This document shows positions 1 through 13,500 of a stretch of DNA of 64,000 nucleotides, in pieces. The notes below the pieces were generated by a model, which did no database searches, was not told where the DNA came from, and was given only the letters and a program-made list of their open reading frames with translations. Each line of letters opens with the position of its first letter. Position 1 is the first letter of the stretch. Made by a program: the position numbers and the translations under genes. This stretch comes from Macrostomum lignano (lineage: Eukaryota), in contig NIVC01002124.1 of the NCBI GenBank assembly GCA_002269645.1, positions 1-64,000 on the forward strand. The letters run 5' to 3'.

Positions 1-256
1 GTCGCAGATAATAATCAAAATCACCCTATAAATGTCCAAAACGCATCTCAAACGAATGAAGCCATTCTAAACGACAGAAAAGCATTCTTAATAGTCGAAA
101 ACTATTTTAGATGACCAAAGTTTTATTTTAAATGATCGACCCCAGTCAGAAATCAAATTAATTTAGATGGTAAAAGATCTAAAAAAAGACAAATTTTCTG
201 TAGTATTGATAGTTAAGCTAAAAAGAAAGTCAAAAACTTGCCTACTTCCAAACCAG

Positions 257-2239
257 AGCAAAGCACCTCCGTCTGTACACCTGGGCTCATCACTGGAAAC
301 TGTGGTCACCGGACACAACTGTTAAGCTGCTATTCCGCAACTACGGCTGGCCCTTTGTCGATTTATTTTTCTACGGCGAGAACAGCACGCACATACTCGA
401 AATGGATCCGAATTATAACGGACTCGCATACAAAAAAGAGCACGTACTGCCGCTGCACTACAGGCCGTTCATGGGCCGCTGGCTGCCAGCGCCCAGGGTA
501 CGTTGAGCACTTTCATCTTTCAACTTATTAAACTCAGTGTAAAAGAGTAAAACTTGTAAGGAATACCAAGCCATTTTTTGCCACGCTATGGTACAGAGTT
601 AACACACTCCAGTTCCGAATCTGAATCAGTGCCTAGTACAACTCTTTAAAGACATATTTAAGTGCCTGTATTCCAAACGGATTTCTCAATCATCTGACAG
701 ACCTTCGGAAATCTATCGCCAATCTTCGAAAAGATATTTACACTATAGAAGAGGCAGTTCCTGTCATCAAATTTCAAATTACCTGCCGCTTTCTGAGCTG
801 AAATTAATTCCGTTTTTGGTACTTCGGGCGTGTCATAAGTAATGTTACTGCAGGCTTCTGTCTAAAATATGTAGGCACATGGACTTGTGGGTAGCGTAGC
901 TGCAAAGGAGATACTTACGAGCGTAGTGAAGGCAATACCAGTGCATTTGAGACGTGCATAGGTTGTTTATGGCCCAAGCTATCGCAAGAATACGCCAAGC
1001 AGATTTAGCAAGTGCAACGCGATGAAAAATCGTCTATGCAGCGAAAAAAAATCACCATGAATCTCGACAAGACGCCTGCATCAAGCAGATCCGCAAGGTG
1101 TTCAGCAGGCGGGGCTTGAATGACATCCTAAACTGCCTGGTTGCTGAGGATGAAAGCTGGCTTCACCTGGATGGCAAGGGCAGCAAGGCAGACAATCGCT
1201 GCTGGCTGGGAGCTGGGGACTCCAGGGCGACTGTGACCAGGAAGTCCATCTTGGACAAGAAGACCATGCTGCTGGTAGCCTTCACGCCAAACAAACGAGT
1301 CTCCATCTGCACAACTCCACCGAACACCAAAGTCGATGGCCAGTATTTTATCGACTTTATCCGCACACTGGAGACCTCTGGCGCAATCTCCGGTCAAATC
1401 CATGTCACCTGGACGAGGTTCTGTGGCAGATGGACACCGCACGGCCGCACACCTGTAAGGCTTTTTCGAATTTTCTGCCTGCATGGCGAGTGAATCTGCT
1501 CTGACAGAGTCCCTACAGCCCGGACTTCAACTTTTGCAAGAGATTCCTGTTCAAATGGCTGAAGGCTGACTTTTCCAAGAAGAGTTTTCGCAAACCATGA
1601 AGAGGTCAAACAGGCCGCGTTGCACTGGTTACGGCAGTTGGAGGAAAAACACCTGTAGGCTGAGGTGGACAAGCTGTATGAGCACTGCCAGAGGGTGATT
1701 GATATTGGGGACTCTATGTTGTTGAGTGGTACAGTTTTGTTCATCTGCGATTGCAAGTTCGTCTGTTTTCACATCAGTGACATTACTTATGACACACCCG
1801 AAGTAGTTGCACCATTGCAAACCTCACCAATGCTAACATTGTTGGCATTGTTTTCTAAACACAAACGCATCATTCACCAACCGTCCAATTGGACCAACCA
1901 ATCCAAACGCAGGACACGGCCAAATTCTTAGTGCTGACGTACCGAGACCCGGACGGATGTCACAGCGCGTATTTCTACCATGACGTTGAGAAAATGGCTA
2001 AACGCAAGCAGAAAACCCGGTGCGACATGCTCGCTAAACGATTCCCGTTTGCTCTGAAGTCGCTACCATCGTCAACGCTAGACAACGGAATGACCGGCCT
2101 AGTGGAGACGCTGTACATTAGCGATAGGCCTCTGTACAGCGTGCTGGTGCAGGAGCCGAGCGCCTCACTGACCTACAATTACTCGATGCTGCTGATTAAC
2201 TCGGTTGGGGTCGAGTACCACGAACCGTTTTATAACTGA
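257..2239 (+). CDS. LicD/fukutin-related nucleotidyltransferase family protein, last two exons (5' part outside window)
   Basis: Exons 257-497 (..YGWPFVDLFFYGEN..YRPFMGRWLPAPR|gtacgt) and 1913-2239 (cgcag|DTAKFLVLTY..CHSAYFYHDVE..RCDMLAKRFPF..stop) join in phase 0. WPFVD(I/L)FFY and LPAPRD motifs are recalled from invertebrate LicD-like proteins. Confidence 0.7.
822..1803 (+). mobile_element. Degenerate mariner (DD34D-type) DNA transposon in the LicD-gene intron
   Basis: 29-bp TIRs (CTTCGGGCGTGTCATAAGTAATGTTACTG vs reverse complement at 1775-1803, 2 mismatches) with TA on both sides. Transposase motifs EDESW, QMDTARPH, PYSPDFNFC. Has a frameshift and a stop, and the third catalytic position (34 aa after D2) is K. 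Confidence 0.9.
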
Positions 2240-3265
2240 TTGCTTTAGTAGATAATTAGAACACATTTTAACAAGCGCAGAACTGTGTGTGAAAAGCAGT
2301 GTTAGCAAAGTTCCGGCGCAAAGACTTTGGTAACGGAAGTTACTTTTGATAAGTCCGGTACCTCCGCTACTTGGAAATGGAAATTTAGGTGCCAAACTGC
2401 CAATTTAACACTTAATATTCCCCAAAAGTGCAAAACTTTCACCAAAATTCAATTATACAAAGGTAACTACTCGTACTCAAACAAATTAACAGAATGACTT
2501 CTCCAGTGTAGGAGTTAAAGATAAAGGCAATATCTTTAGGCTTTGATGCGCTGTAAACCTGAACTTTACAACTTAAAACATGACGTGCAATTAAATTTCT
2601 GCGAGGATCGAAAGCATTCCCCTTTAATGCTTTATGCTCGTATTTGTTTCTTTTGCTTATAAATTGCTTTGTTAAACCCGACTTATCCAGAAACAAGATA
2701 CATTAAAAACAATAAACATCCTTGTATAACAACAACTCCTTGCAAGTTTTCTAGCAAGGACCACGTCTAGCAGTACAGCAGTACGCTCCACTCAAGATTC
2801 GTGGAAATTTTTCTAAGGCCGATTTATTCATTTCGTGCAGGACGAGCGATGCATTCTAAAAAGTGTTTTATGAGTAATTATATTTTTCTATTGCAGCGCG
2901 AAGGCAGTAATCAAATTGCAGCTGTTAGTTGTCATTTTATCCTTTTTCTTAATTGTTACCTGGTAATTCCAAGGCTGCCAGAAGATTATCATTGATTCTA
3001 AATGAGTAAGCGGTATAAAAGTATACTTATACTACTGTAAAAGTATAGCTGCTGTAAAACTACAGCACAGTACTAGTAGAGCAACGAGAATGAGCCGCAC
3101 GAACTAAAAGTCGGCTGAAGTATTCTACTCATTGTGACACAGCTACTGGCAAAAAATGATCTCCATCTATATTTGTGAAGAGTAAGAATCAACATTTGAA
3201 AATCGGCCTCCAGACAAGTTTTTCCACGAATCACGAGTGCAGAGTCCTGATATTGAAGAATATCA

Positions 3266-3603
<338 letters not shown>

Positions 3604-6174
3604 CTGTGATCAGTTGGTGTAAGTAGTCGACTAGAGAGTCTGGTATAGTTTTCTATGCTGCAAAATGTGAGTTTAATTTTATTTTAGTACACAGGATAGA
3701 CTTTTTAGCACTCGTCAACAACTAGCTCAACTGAACTCACGCTGTCACGAGATTTAAATGCTACTCCATGCCAATCGGTGATTCACGGGTTCGAAGGGTT
3801 TATCAACCACTTAGTGACAGGATGCTACACAGAGGCGTAGCCAATTGGGGGGGGGCTTTACAGTATAGCTTTGGGCTTTACAGTGTAGGGCCCTACTACA
3901 CCCTTGGCACTACTACACCCCTACTTTGATGATGCCGCGACTAGCTACATCACTTCTGCCCGCTCGTGGTTTTTCGAGGGGGTAGCGCTGTTGCTGAGTG
4001 TATATAGAGGAATCTATTGAAGTTTGCCTATTGGATAGAATAAAATTGATAATGATGAAGGAATGCCAAGCTGCTATCAAGTGCAACAATCAAATCCAAC
4101 CGCTTATACCTACGAGTAATACAATAAGGATCATGGGTATAAAGTTAAAGCCTTGTCAGTCACAAAATTTTTGAAAAAGATGTAACAAACGCAAGTTAAA
4201 ATTGTCGGTTTAAATGTGCTTAATAAAAACAACTTCAGAAATCTGTTCAGAATGAACTACTTTATAGTATATTTCAGCTGATAATAAAACTTATCTTCAA
4301 AATTGTGCAGACACCCACGTTTATTAAATAATTTATCTGGCTTTACAACTCACGAACGGGAAAATGAAATTAATTAACTTACTAGATCTAAAGTTACAAA
4401 AAACTATGCTGCAAAAAAACTGAGCAACTTAGTCAACCGTGCTTGCGATCCTCAGTCAAGTCAACGGTTTGGGAAAAAAGAAACAAATAGAAAACACACG
4501 ACAATCTATATTCAGTATACTTAATAGTGGTTGCATTAAGGTTCATTTTATACCGCCATTAGATGAGGCATCAGTTTACATCTGATGTACAACGCGACGA
4601 AAAATTATGTACACGCCACACAATGTGACCGTGCAAAATTGGCCGTATTTGATGGCGGCGTTAACAAGACTTGAGAGAGGCTGATGTAAAAACGAAAATA
4701 TTTTTTTAAACTTGCTCGCTGGACATAGATCTAGGTGGGCTAGGGAGGAAGGACTGTCCAGAAAATCGATAGTACAATTAATTCTCAAACAGCACGACCG
4801 GGGATAGAAAAATGGGTTGGGGTGGGGCTGATGGCTGACCAAAAAAATCGATAAAACCTTCAACCAGTGATATGGGACAGGAAGGGATGGGAGGGAAGGT
4901 TGTAGAGGGCTTGGCCTTGGGGGCCTTGGGGCTGACCATAAAAATCGATAAACCCACCCCATTAAACATACGTTTAATATAAGTGTTTTCCAGATTTAAA
5001 AAAAATTATGCTGTTAAAGCTACTGGATTGAGGTAATAAAATCACAGCTTTTTACTATTAAATTAGACTATTATAGATCTTAATATGCAGACATTTTAGC
5101 ACAGAACTATAAAATGGACGGCAAAAAATATAAACTGTTGTATTGCGTGCACCAGAATCGGTTTGCGCATTTATTGCAGATTTATACTTACTTATGCTAC
5201 TTAGCTCATAGTACACTGTAGTAGTATACATGGAGTCTTGACAGCTGTACAATTCTCGTACGAGCGTATATCAAATCGAAGCAGACAACGAATGAATCTG
5301 CGCGTTATCATGATGCGACACAATGGTCTACATGACTAGAAAACAAAATGACAAAAAACTTGTTTCACCAGACCAGACCAGGGAAAACTAATAAATAAAG
5401 TTTAGCAACCGAAAGCGTGCGCCATATGCCATTAGCAAAATTGGATATAAATATTGCAGGCTGGAATGTGGAAACGGCCGAGCAGAGAAAAAATACAAGA
5501 TTGAAAAACATTTCAAAATTGTTAATCATAAAGAGCATCTGAGTGATCGGAATTAATTGACAACTTGTGAAAGTCTTAATAAAGCACTATACGAGTAAAG
5601 GAAATCGAAAATGTAAAAAACGCAAATTATGTCAGATACAAAAATATTCAATAAAAGCAAGCTGCAACAAAAATAAGAAGCAAAAATAGGTTTTTTATTC
5701 ATCGAAACTGTTAAATTCACAACTGCAACAAACTGCCAGTTATTCTGTGATTGAACAGAGACAATCAACAGAAGAGTTATATCTGAAAAAATTAGGCTGT
5801 ATATCCAAGGTAGGAAATTGAACAAAAAAAAAACACTCGCTTTTAGATACCAAGGCCCAGTAACTCTTCTGCTTATCTCTAGTAGATAGGCAATTAGGCT
5901 TCAATAGAGCTTTTATCAACGACAATAGACAGATGGAGTTGGCGATGCACTAACAAAAACATACACGATTCTTTCACTCTTCATACAATCTGTTTATGTG
6001 TAATATGAATTTTGGAATGTGTGGAATGTGATAGTACTAGCTAAAACATATTGCCATTTCGAATGTGCTTTCTTTTCCTTTTAAAGCGTTGCATTTCGGA
6101 GCTTTGGGTAACTTTGGGAAACACGAACTTTCACACGAATATAGACAGTAGGACAAAGAAGCACAATTCATAAT

Positions 6175-7865
6175 TTAGAAGGCTTCAGTCCTGTCTCCAC
6201 CCAGGCCTAGCTGGGAAGCGCTAGACGGGCCAGCACCGAAGGCAGTCACATCGTAGCGCTTGTTTGTCTGGGCAATATAAGCCGTAGGATGCGGCGCGGT
6301 GTCCACAGTGTACATGCACCGACTGTCGGGCCTCTGGCTCAGTCTGGGCAACAAGCAGGCGAATAGAAAGTGCGCCAACACTAGAATGGCCGCCACTGGG
6401 CAGGCTGACGTCATGACGGCCATGTGCTGGCGGACGGCGAATTTCACCGGCCCAATACAGCCCTGGCCGTGCACTCGGTAGGGCGAGGACGACGATTTGC
6501 CGTTTAAAGACAGGCCACTAACTGGGACGCAGTTTGGTCCGCCACTGCCATTGTTGCTACCCGACTGTTGCCAGTTGTGAGACGGACAGGTGCAAGAGCT
6601 AGGCGCAATCAGGATTAGCTCGGCAACAACTGACACGCCTGTGCCTGTACCGGACGCTGTGGTAGTAGCGTCTTCAACGGTGGACGATGACTCGCTAGGC
6701 GTTGGCGCGTCACTTGTTGACAAATCGGACGGCGTGACAGTCTCGTCTAAAGAGGTTGGCAGAGACGGTCGCGGCGAGTCGTAGTAGCGAGTTCCGTTAC
6801 GATAAGAGTACCAATCGGCGTAGGACTCAGCGCCGCAGCAGCCGAATATGGACTGGAGCGATTCCCAGCACAGCAGGACGCTGGACGCTGTGGTTGACAG
6901 CGATGAAGAGGAACCGGCACCGCCGCTGCCTCCTTCGCCTCTGTTTAGGCCGTCCATATAGTCTAGCTTGGCTTGAACAAACAGGCTCTGCACCTCTTGA
7001 GCCGTGTCTCGGGCCTAAAAATGTTTAAACACAAGTAAAAATGAATATGTTAGCCCGGGAGATCTCTACGACAAGGGTATTTACGTCCTAAAGAAAGCCC
7101 TTTGTTAACAACGATCTTCCCTATATTCCGTCCAAATATTTGCATCTGCAGAAGCTTCTTTGGATTTCTATTGCACGTAAACAAAAATACCTTTGATTAA
7201 ATGACACAAAAGGTTCCCAAAAAGAAAAATTCCCATACACGATCGACTTCCAAGTTACTGTAGCTGCGCAGAGTTGAACCCAGGCAGTTTGACGAAAGTC
7301 AGGCGCGTTTAAGCGCTGAGCTACTCCCTACTGAAGCTTAAGAGAATCTGAAAAGAAAACGCACCTGCGCCTCGTTGCCATATTTAGCAGACAAAACCAG
7401 AGTTCCAAACAGGCCGCACACGGACAATACAAGCAGCGCCAGCAGGACGGTGGTCACCTGCTGCATCAGAGCCTGCTGCTGCTGCTGCTCCGGCTGTTGC
7501 TGGTGCTCTGGCTGTTGCTGATAGCGCTGCTGCATACAGCAGATAAATAGCAGGCCGAGCATGCCGGAAGCCAGCAGCAGGATACCGGAGGCTAAAAATA
7601 TCCACATCGGAGCGTAATAAGCGGCAAACACTGGGCAGGTCCAGAGCCGGATGCCAAGCAGCCAGGCTGACAGGCCCAGCAGGGTGAGGCCGGCTATCAG
7701 AAAGGAGGCATAGAAGGCGCACAGACAGAGGCCGAGTAGCTGCGAGCGGAACGGCTGATCGCGCAGCCCACCGCCGCTGCCGCCGTCGCCGCTCGGCTCG
7801 GAGACAGCGTCAACGTCACGACTGTCGAAGCTTTCGTGTATTGTAGCAATCCGACGGCCCGACAT
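6175..7865 (-). CDS. Tetraspanin-like protein (2 exons, ~446 aa)
   Basis: Exons 7365-7865 and 6175-7014 join in phase 0 (NEAQ|ARDTAQEVQ). Three N-terminal hydrophobic segments, CCG motif (FGCCGAESYADW), further Cys in the large loop, and a fourth TM segment. Confidence 0.8.
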
Positions 7866-8382
7866 GTCGATAGTTGACAAGAGCAGTCAGGTCAAGATTA
7901 GGTAAGCTCGAGCTTGTTAGAGTTTAAGCAGAAATACAACCCAAGTCTTGCCAGTAAATAATGAATTTTAATAAGCATCATGTAGTCTACTACATCATAC
8001 CCTATCTATATTACTTATAGCGGGCACATAAAACTTGTTAAAAACCCTACTGAGATTATTCAGGATTATGAAAGCTACCACACACTACTACTGAGATGAT
8101 CACGTGCTCTAGGGAAAGCCGTCCCATACTACTGAGATGATTATGAATTCTGACACTATCCTACAACAATCTACGACTTTCAGTCAATGCAGCAAATTTA
8201 ATCTGAAGTGACTGGAACTATGCTTCACCCCTGTACAGCAAAAATTTATACAGTTAAATAAGATAAGAAAACACATGGAAATTATTCCGCAATATAAATT
8301 TCTAATTTCATTCAGCATACCCGTATACTCGCGAATGCACACCAGTGTATTATAATAGTAACAATTAGCTATGCTCAAACAA

Positions 8383-8802
8383 CTAAGAATACAATGGCAT
8401 GCGCTGAAAGTGCACAGGCAAAGACGGATAGAATCTCGGACAGCTGGCCGAGTCCATCAACGAGTGCAGATGAGAAAACCAACGGGTGATGTTAGCAAAC
8501 CGCTCTTTCTCCTGACAAGTCCAACGTTCCGTAACATAGCCGCCAAGGTCTTTGTACAGCAGCAGATCGATAGCTGTTAACCGTTCCCCTAACAGGTAGG
8601 TCTGCCCAGCCAGGTAGCGTTCGTTAAGCAGCCGCAACGCTCTCTGCTCGTCCGCTTCATTGGCCATGCGCCTGAGCTGCAGAGCTCGGAACTCGAGCAG
8701 CTCGTAAGTGAGCAGTTCTTCGTCCGGCGTGGCGAAAGTCAATTTTCGGCCGGCCAGAGAGCCGCCGAATTCGCGCACCGTAGCCTGGTATGGGGCGAGC
8801 AT
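8383..8802 (-). CDS. EEF1E1: AIMP3/EEF1E1 (p18), GST-C-like scaffold of the multi-synthetase complex; single exon as seen
   Basis: LNERYLAGQTYLLGERLTAIDLLLY..QEKERFANITRWFSHL..PVHFQRMPLYS resembles the AIMP3 C-terminus (QEKEKYLNVSRWFCHIQ..LY). Confidence 0.75.
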   Translation of the reverse strand: MLAPYQATVREFGGSLAGRKLTFATPDEELLTYELLEFRALQLRRMANEADEQRALRLLNERYLAGQTYLLGERLTAIDLLLYKDLGGYVTERWTCQEKERFANITRWFSHLHSLMDSASCPRFYPSLPVHFQRMPLYS

Positions 8803-9046
8803 GGCAACGGCGGACAGAGCAGCAGCTCAGGAAGCTGAGAAGCTGCTCAGCATGCAACAATGCACGAGGGACGAGCAAACTCTAATAAGAATTGTTGCAA
8901 GCAATGGAGAGCTGCAAGCACATACAGCAAGTCTGTAAACCAATAATCCTTGATTTATTTATTATATTAAAGGTCACAACCTGATTAGACAAGGACGATT
9001 TAAGTAGTATGATTAGCACTTAATTTATTTCGTGAAATGAAGAAAC

Positions 9047-9048
<2 letters not shown>

Positions 9049-9080
<32 letters not shown>
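9049..9080. repeat. (CA)n microsatellite
   Basis: Uninterrupted acac.. run. Confidence 0.95.
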
Positions 9081-9082
<2 letters not shown>

Positions 9083-9142
9083 TAACCAGTATACTTTTTG
9101 TTTTTTTGCAAAAAAAGTAAGACAACCACTGTACCCTCACAG

Positions 9143-9790
9143 TGGCCCTAGAGACACCAGACACATTGGCCCTAGAGACCCCAGACACATTGGCCCTAGA
9201 GACACCAGACACATTGGCCCTAGAGACCCCAGACACATAGGCCCTAGAGACACCAGACACATTGGCCCTAGAGACACCAGACACATTGGCCCTAGAGACC
9301 CCAGACACATTAGCCCTAGAGACACCAGACACATTGGCCCTAGAGACACCAGACACATTGGCCCTAGAGACACCAGACACATTGGCCCTAGAGACACCAG
9401 ACACATTGGCCCTAGAGACCCTAGACACATTGGCCCTAGAGACCCTAGACACATTGGCCCTAGAGACCCTAGACACATTGGCCCTAGAGACCCTAGACAC
9501 ATTGGCCCTAGAGACCCTAGACACATTGGCCCTAGAGACCCTAGACACATTGGCCCTAGTGACCCTAGACACATTGGCCCTAGAGACCCTAGACACATTG
9601 GCCCTAGAGACCCTAGACACATTGGCCCTAGAGACCCTAGACACATTGGCCCTAGAGACCCTAGACACATTGGCCCTAGAGACCCTAGACACATTGGCCC
9701 TAGAGACCCTAGACACATTGGCCCTAGAGATCCCAGACACACAGAGCCCCAGAGCCCCAGAAACAGTGGCCCTAGAGCGCTAGACGCAGT
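9143..9790. repeat. 24-bp minisatellite (GCCCTAGAGACMCYAGACACATTG)
   Basis: About 26 tandem copies. Explains the 8-aa periodic ORFs at 9000-9826. Confidence 0.95.
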
Positions 9791-10534
9791 GGCCCTAAAC
9801 CAAAAATGTGTATCTATAAGACTCAACCTAGTTGAATGCTCTTTAATTTTTAGAAAAATAAGCCATAGAAGTGAACTCTCACCAATAGTTTAAAAAATGA
9901 GTATAACGGTTTTACTTGTTTCTTTGCAAGCAATAGTAAAATATACTGTATTAGAATAACTTGCTTACAAGAGAGAAAATGCTAACAATGAAAGAAGCTT
10001 TTAATCGCAGTTAATATTGGCACTCTAAGAGCTGGCTGTCTCATTCTAAGACTATAGAGTTTGATGCGTTTTCTGTAAAGACATATCTTTCTTAGTGCAA
10101 AATATCAGTGCAGAAAAGTACCAGCAGCGACTCACTACAGTTTAACAAGTAGTATAAATGTAGCAGGACGTAATATTTCAAACTGCAGAAAATTATGAGA
10201 AGGCTCAACCTCGCTTGCAAATGATTTTAATTTTCTTAATTTATAACTTAAATTAACTTACTATTAACTATTAATCTGTGTTGCAATTATGGATAACTAA
10301 AATCAAAGGACGCTATGCTCGCAAATGGGCAATATCTCACCTTTTGGAATTCCAAATTGCGTGCCTGTGCCCCATCTCTCCCCGAGGTGAATTTGCAAGT
10401 TTGTCAAACTATTTTTCCTGCAAGCTTCCAGTGTTCTTATCTGGCGTTCAGCAAAATTTTGCACGGTTTGCAAGTACAGCATCTTTCTACATTAGTTGTC
10501 CATGGCTATGTTCTTGTACAGTGGCCATCAGCAA

Positions 10535-13500
10535 TCAGCTGAACTGCATATCCCTTAACCGAATCTCCTCCTTAGCCGGATCAACCGAGTCAATAACGGC
10601 GATAAACCTGGCGCCCAGATGAAGCCGACTGCGCCCGGCCGGGTCCCGAGGATACCTGCTGACGTGCAGCAGAGCCGAGCAGGCGCAGCCAATATCGCAG
10701 AAGGCGCCAAATTCAGCTACATTTTTTATTACACCGGCGACGGACTGGCCGGCCGACAACGAGGCAACGTCGGTGACGCCGTCTAAGAATAGCGGCGCGC
10801 CTGGCTGCCCAGCCTCCGCCGATGTCGGACCGGCACCGGCTAGCAGTTCCAGAAGGCGCCGGTCATCGTCTGAATAGTCGGCATTAGCTGCCGACTGCTC
10901 GAGGAACTGACGACAAACTGTCGACAAATTGGGCGCGTCAGAGCGCAAACCCAGCCGAGCTAGCAGGCGCTCAGCTGCCGCGTAGGACTCCGGATGGACG
11001 CAGGTGGCGTCCAGCGGATTGGGTCGGTAGCTGACCGCCGACCGCTTGGCCCGCTTCCCGCCGGCCGTGTCCGGGCCGTCGTCGGTTGTCCGTTTTCGCT
11101 TGCCTCCCTTTGCAGCGGCTGGCGGAGGCGGCGCCGGCAGAGGCTGAGAACAGTCGTCAATGTCCATAGGTTCCTCCTGGTGCTGGTCGGGCACCTGCCG
11201 AAATGAAAATTAGTCATGTTGTTAGGAGTTGCTTAGATGGTAGGGAGGAGAGTGGGAGACAGATTCACCTGGGTATGGTGGGGAGAGTGGGACACTGATT
11301 CACCTGGGTATGGTAGGGAGGAGAGTGGGACACTGATTCACCTGGGTGTGGTAGGGAGGAGAGTGGGAGTAGATTCAGATTAACAAAAAAGTGAAGATTT
11401 AGAGATGGTATCCCGACAACTCTGCTACAAGAGCAGGTCAACAGAGAGAAGACAGAGGCCCATTGCGCACCGAGTGATCCCCGCTGGCCGGTGCCGGCGG
11501 AAGGACGCGAACAAATCCGGCGCACTGGTCGAAGATTGCCGGCCCGATGCCGCGTACCTCGCGCAGCTGGTCGCGGCACACGAAGGCACCATTGGAGCGG
11601 CGCCAGGCTGCGATTCGAGTTGCTAGGCCGCGGTTAAGTCCGGCAACGTGGGCTAACAGGTGCTCGGGTGCGTAGTTAAGATCGACGCCGGCGAAACTGA
11701 TCACCTCCTGTTGGACGGCGAGTGCCCGACGCTCCAGCGCCTTCTCGCTGATGTCGTGCTGGTACATACCGACGCCCAGATGGCGGGCGTCCAGCTTGGC
11801 CAGCTCAGCTAGGGGGTCCTGACCGGGAAACAGAAGCTTTTTATTAGAGACAAGAGGCAGGATTGTCACACAGCCGGCGAGAGGCATTACTGCCCATTCC
11901 ATAGACTCCTCTGAGCAGGCACACAAATCATGTACACTTCACTGTGCCTTAGGGGGAGGGGTTGGCTCTCAAGGGCGTTAATTGCACGAGCAGAGCCAAG
12001 CCGAGATTCCAATTAATGTGACTGCATTTGGAATCGAGCCTGGACCGCTGGCACATCAGAGCGCCGCGCCAGACCACTGGGCTAAGTTTTAATACTTATT
12101 GTTAATCATCATATTCATGATCATATTCAGGTTCATGAGGTAATATCGGAGCGGACAGGCAAGGGACACCCAACGAGATAAGAGTGTTAAAGTGACACAC
12201 CTGATACTACCCACAAAACTGATCCAAAACACCCCAGCTAACCCTAACTGAACCCTATACGAATTAGTCTGTCACGTGATTGAAACCAACCTGCAGTCGG
12301 CGAGCGATTGACACGGCACCCCGATGGGCGATGTCCACATTTGGTAGTTCTTTAACAGCCAGATCGGAGGCGCTGTACACCGAGGCGCCGTCCTCTGATA
12401 CCAGAGCGTAGCGAACTCCGCCAGGCAGACTGGGCAAGCAGGCGGAGACGAATTGCATAGACTCGCGCTTGCCCTGTGGTTAAGTGGGGTGTGCTTGAAA
12501 TTGGGGCCTGCGGTTTGGTCTGAGTGGTCTGAGAGTTGTCTGAGGTTTGGGGAAAAGGACAGTGTCTGTGGTTTGGGGGACAAGGACAGTGTCTGTGGTT
12601 TGGGGGACAAGGACAGTGTCTGGGGTTTGGGGGACAATGACAGTGTCTGGGGTTTGGGGGACAGCGTCTGTGGTTTGGGGGACAGTGTCTGGGGCTTGGG
12701 GGACAGTGTCTGTGGTTTGGGGGACAGCGTCTGTGGTTTGGTGGACCGTGTCTGGAGCTTGGGGGACAGTGTCTGTGGTCTGGAGGGATAGTGTTTCTGT
12801 GGTTTGGGGGACAGCGTCTGTGGTCTGGAGGGATAGTGTTTCTGTGGTTTGGGGGACAGTGTCTGTGGTCTGGAGGGATAGTGTTTCTGTGGTTTGGGGG
12901 ACAGTGTCTGTGGTCTGGAGGGATAGTGTTTCTGTGGTTTGGGGGACAGCGTCTGTGGTCTGGAGGGATAATGTCTGTGGTTTGGGGACAGCGTCTGTGG
13001 TTTGGGGACAGCGTCTGTGGTTTGGGGACAGCGTCTGTGGTCTGGAGGGATAGTGTTTCTGTGGTTTGGGGGACAGCGTCTGTGGTCTGGAGGATAGTGT
13101 TTATGTGGTTTGGGGGACAGTGTCTGTGGTTTGGGGGACACTGTGTTAGATTCTAGGGACACCGTGCCTGAGGTTCGGGTTTAGGGGCGAATTTTTCAGC
13201 AATCAGGCTCACCTGTCCATCGCCGATAGCAATGTAGCGAAAGCCGCCGCTCCGCTTATACAGGCCGACCAGGGCTGCACAGGCGGCGGCTTGTCGCTGC
13301 TGCCCGCCGTTAATATGCAGCGTCTCCGTGGCAACTACGCCGCCAGAGGCGTCAATTACGGCCAGCTTGCAGCCGTGCCTATAGCCAGGATCCCAGCCGG
13401 CTATCTGACAGCCGCGCACAGGCGACTGCAGCAGCAGATGGCGCAGATTGTCGGCGAACACGCGCAGCGCCTCCTCCTCGGCGAAGCGGGTCAGGGTGGC

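Noticed and set aside
4576-4969. 128-aa ORF and thrice-repeated AAAATCGATA motif
   Set aside because: Low-complexity, non-ATG start, no motifs. Could be a repeat fragment, but no ends could be defined.
8803-8853. Upstream in-frame ATG for AIMP3
   Set aside because: It meets an in-frame TGA after 8 codons (MLSSFSAS*).
9000-9826. Long ORFs with 8-aa periodicity (also 12272-13162, 13773-14332, 45748-46464, 47059-47481, 61215-62294, 62530-63867)
   Set aside because: They are translations of minisatellites whose units lack stops in some frames. Most lie in introns of well-supported genes and lack convincing starts.
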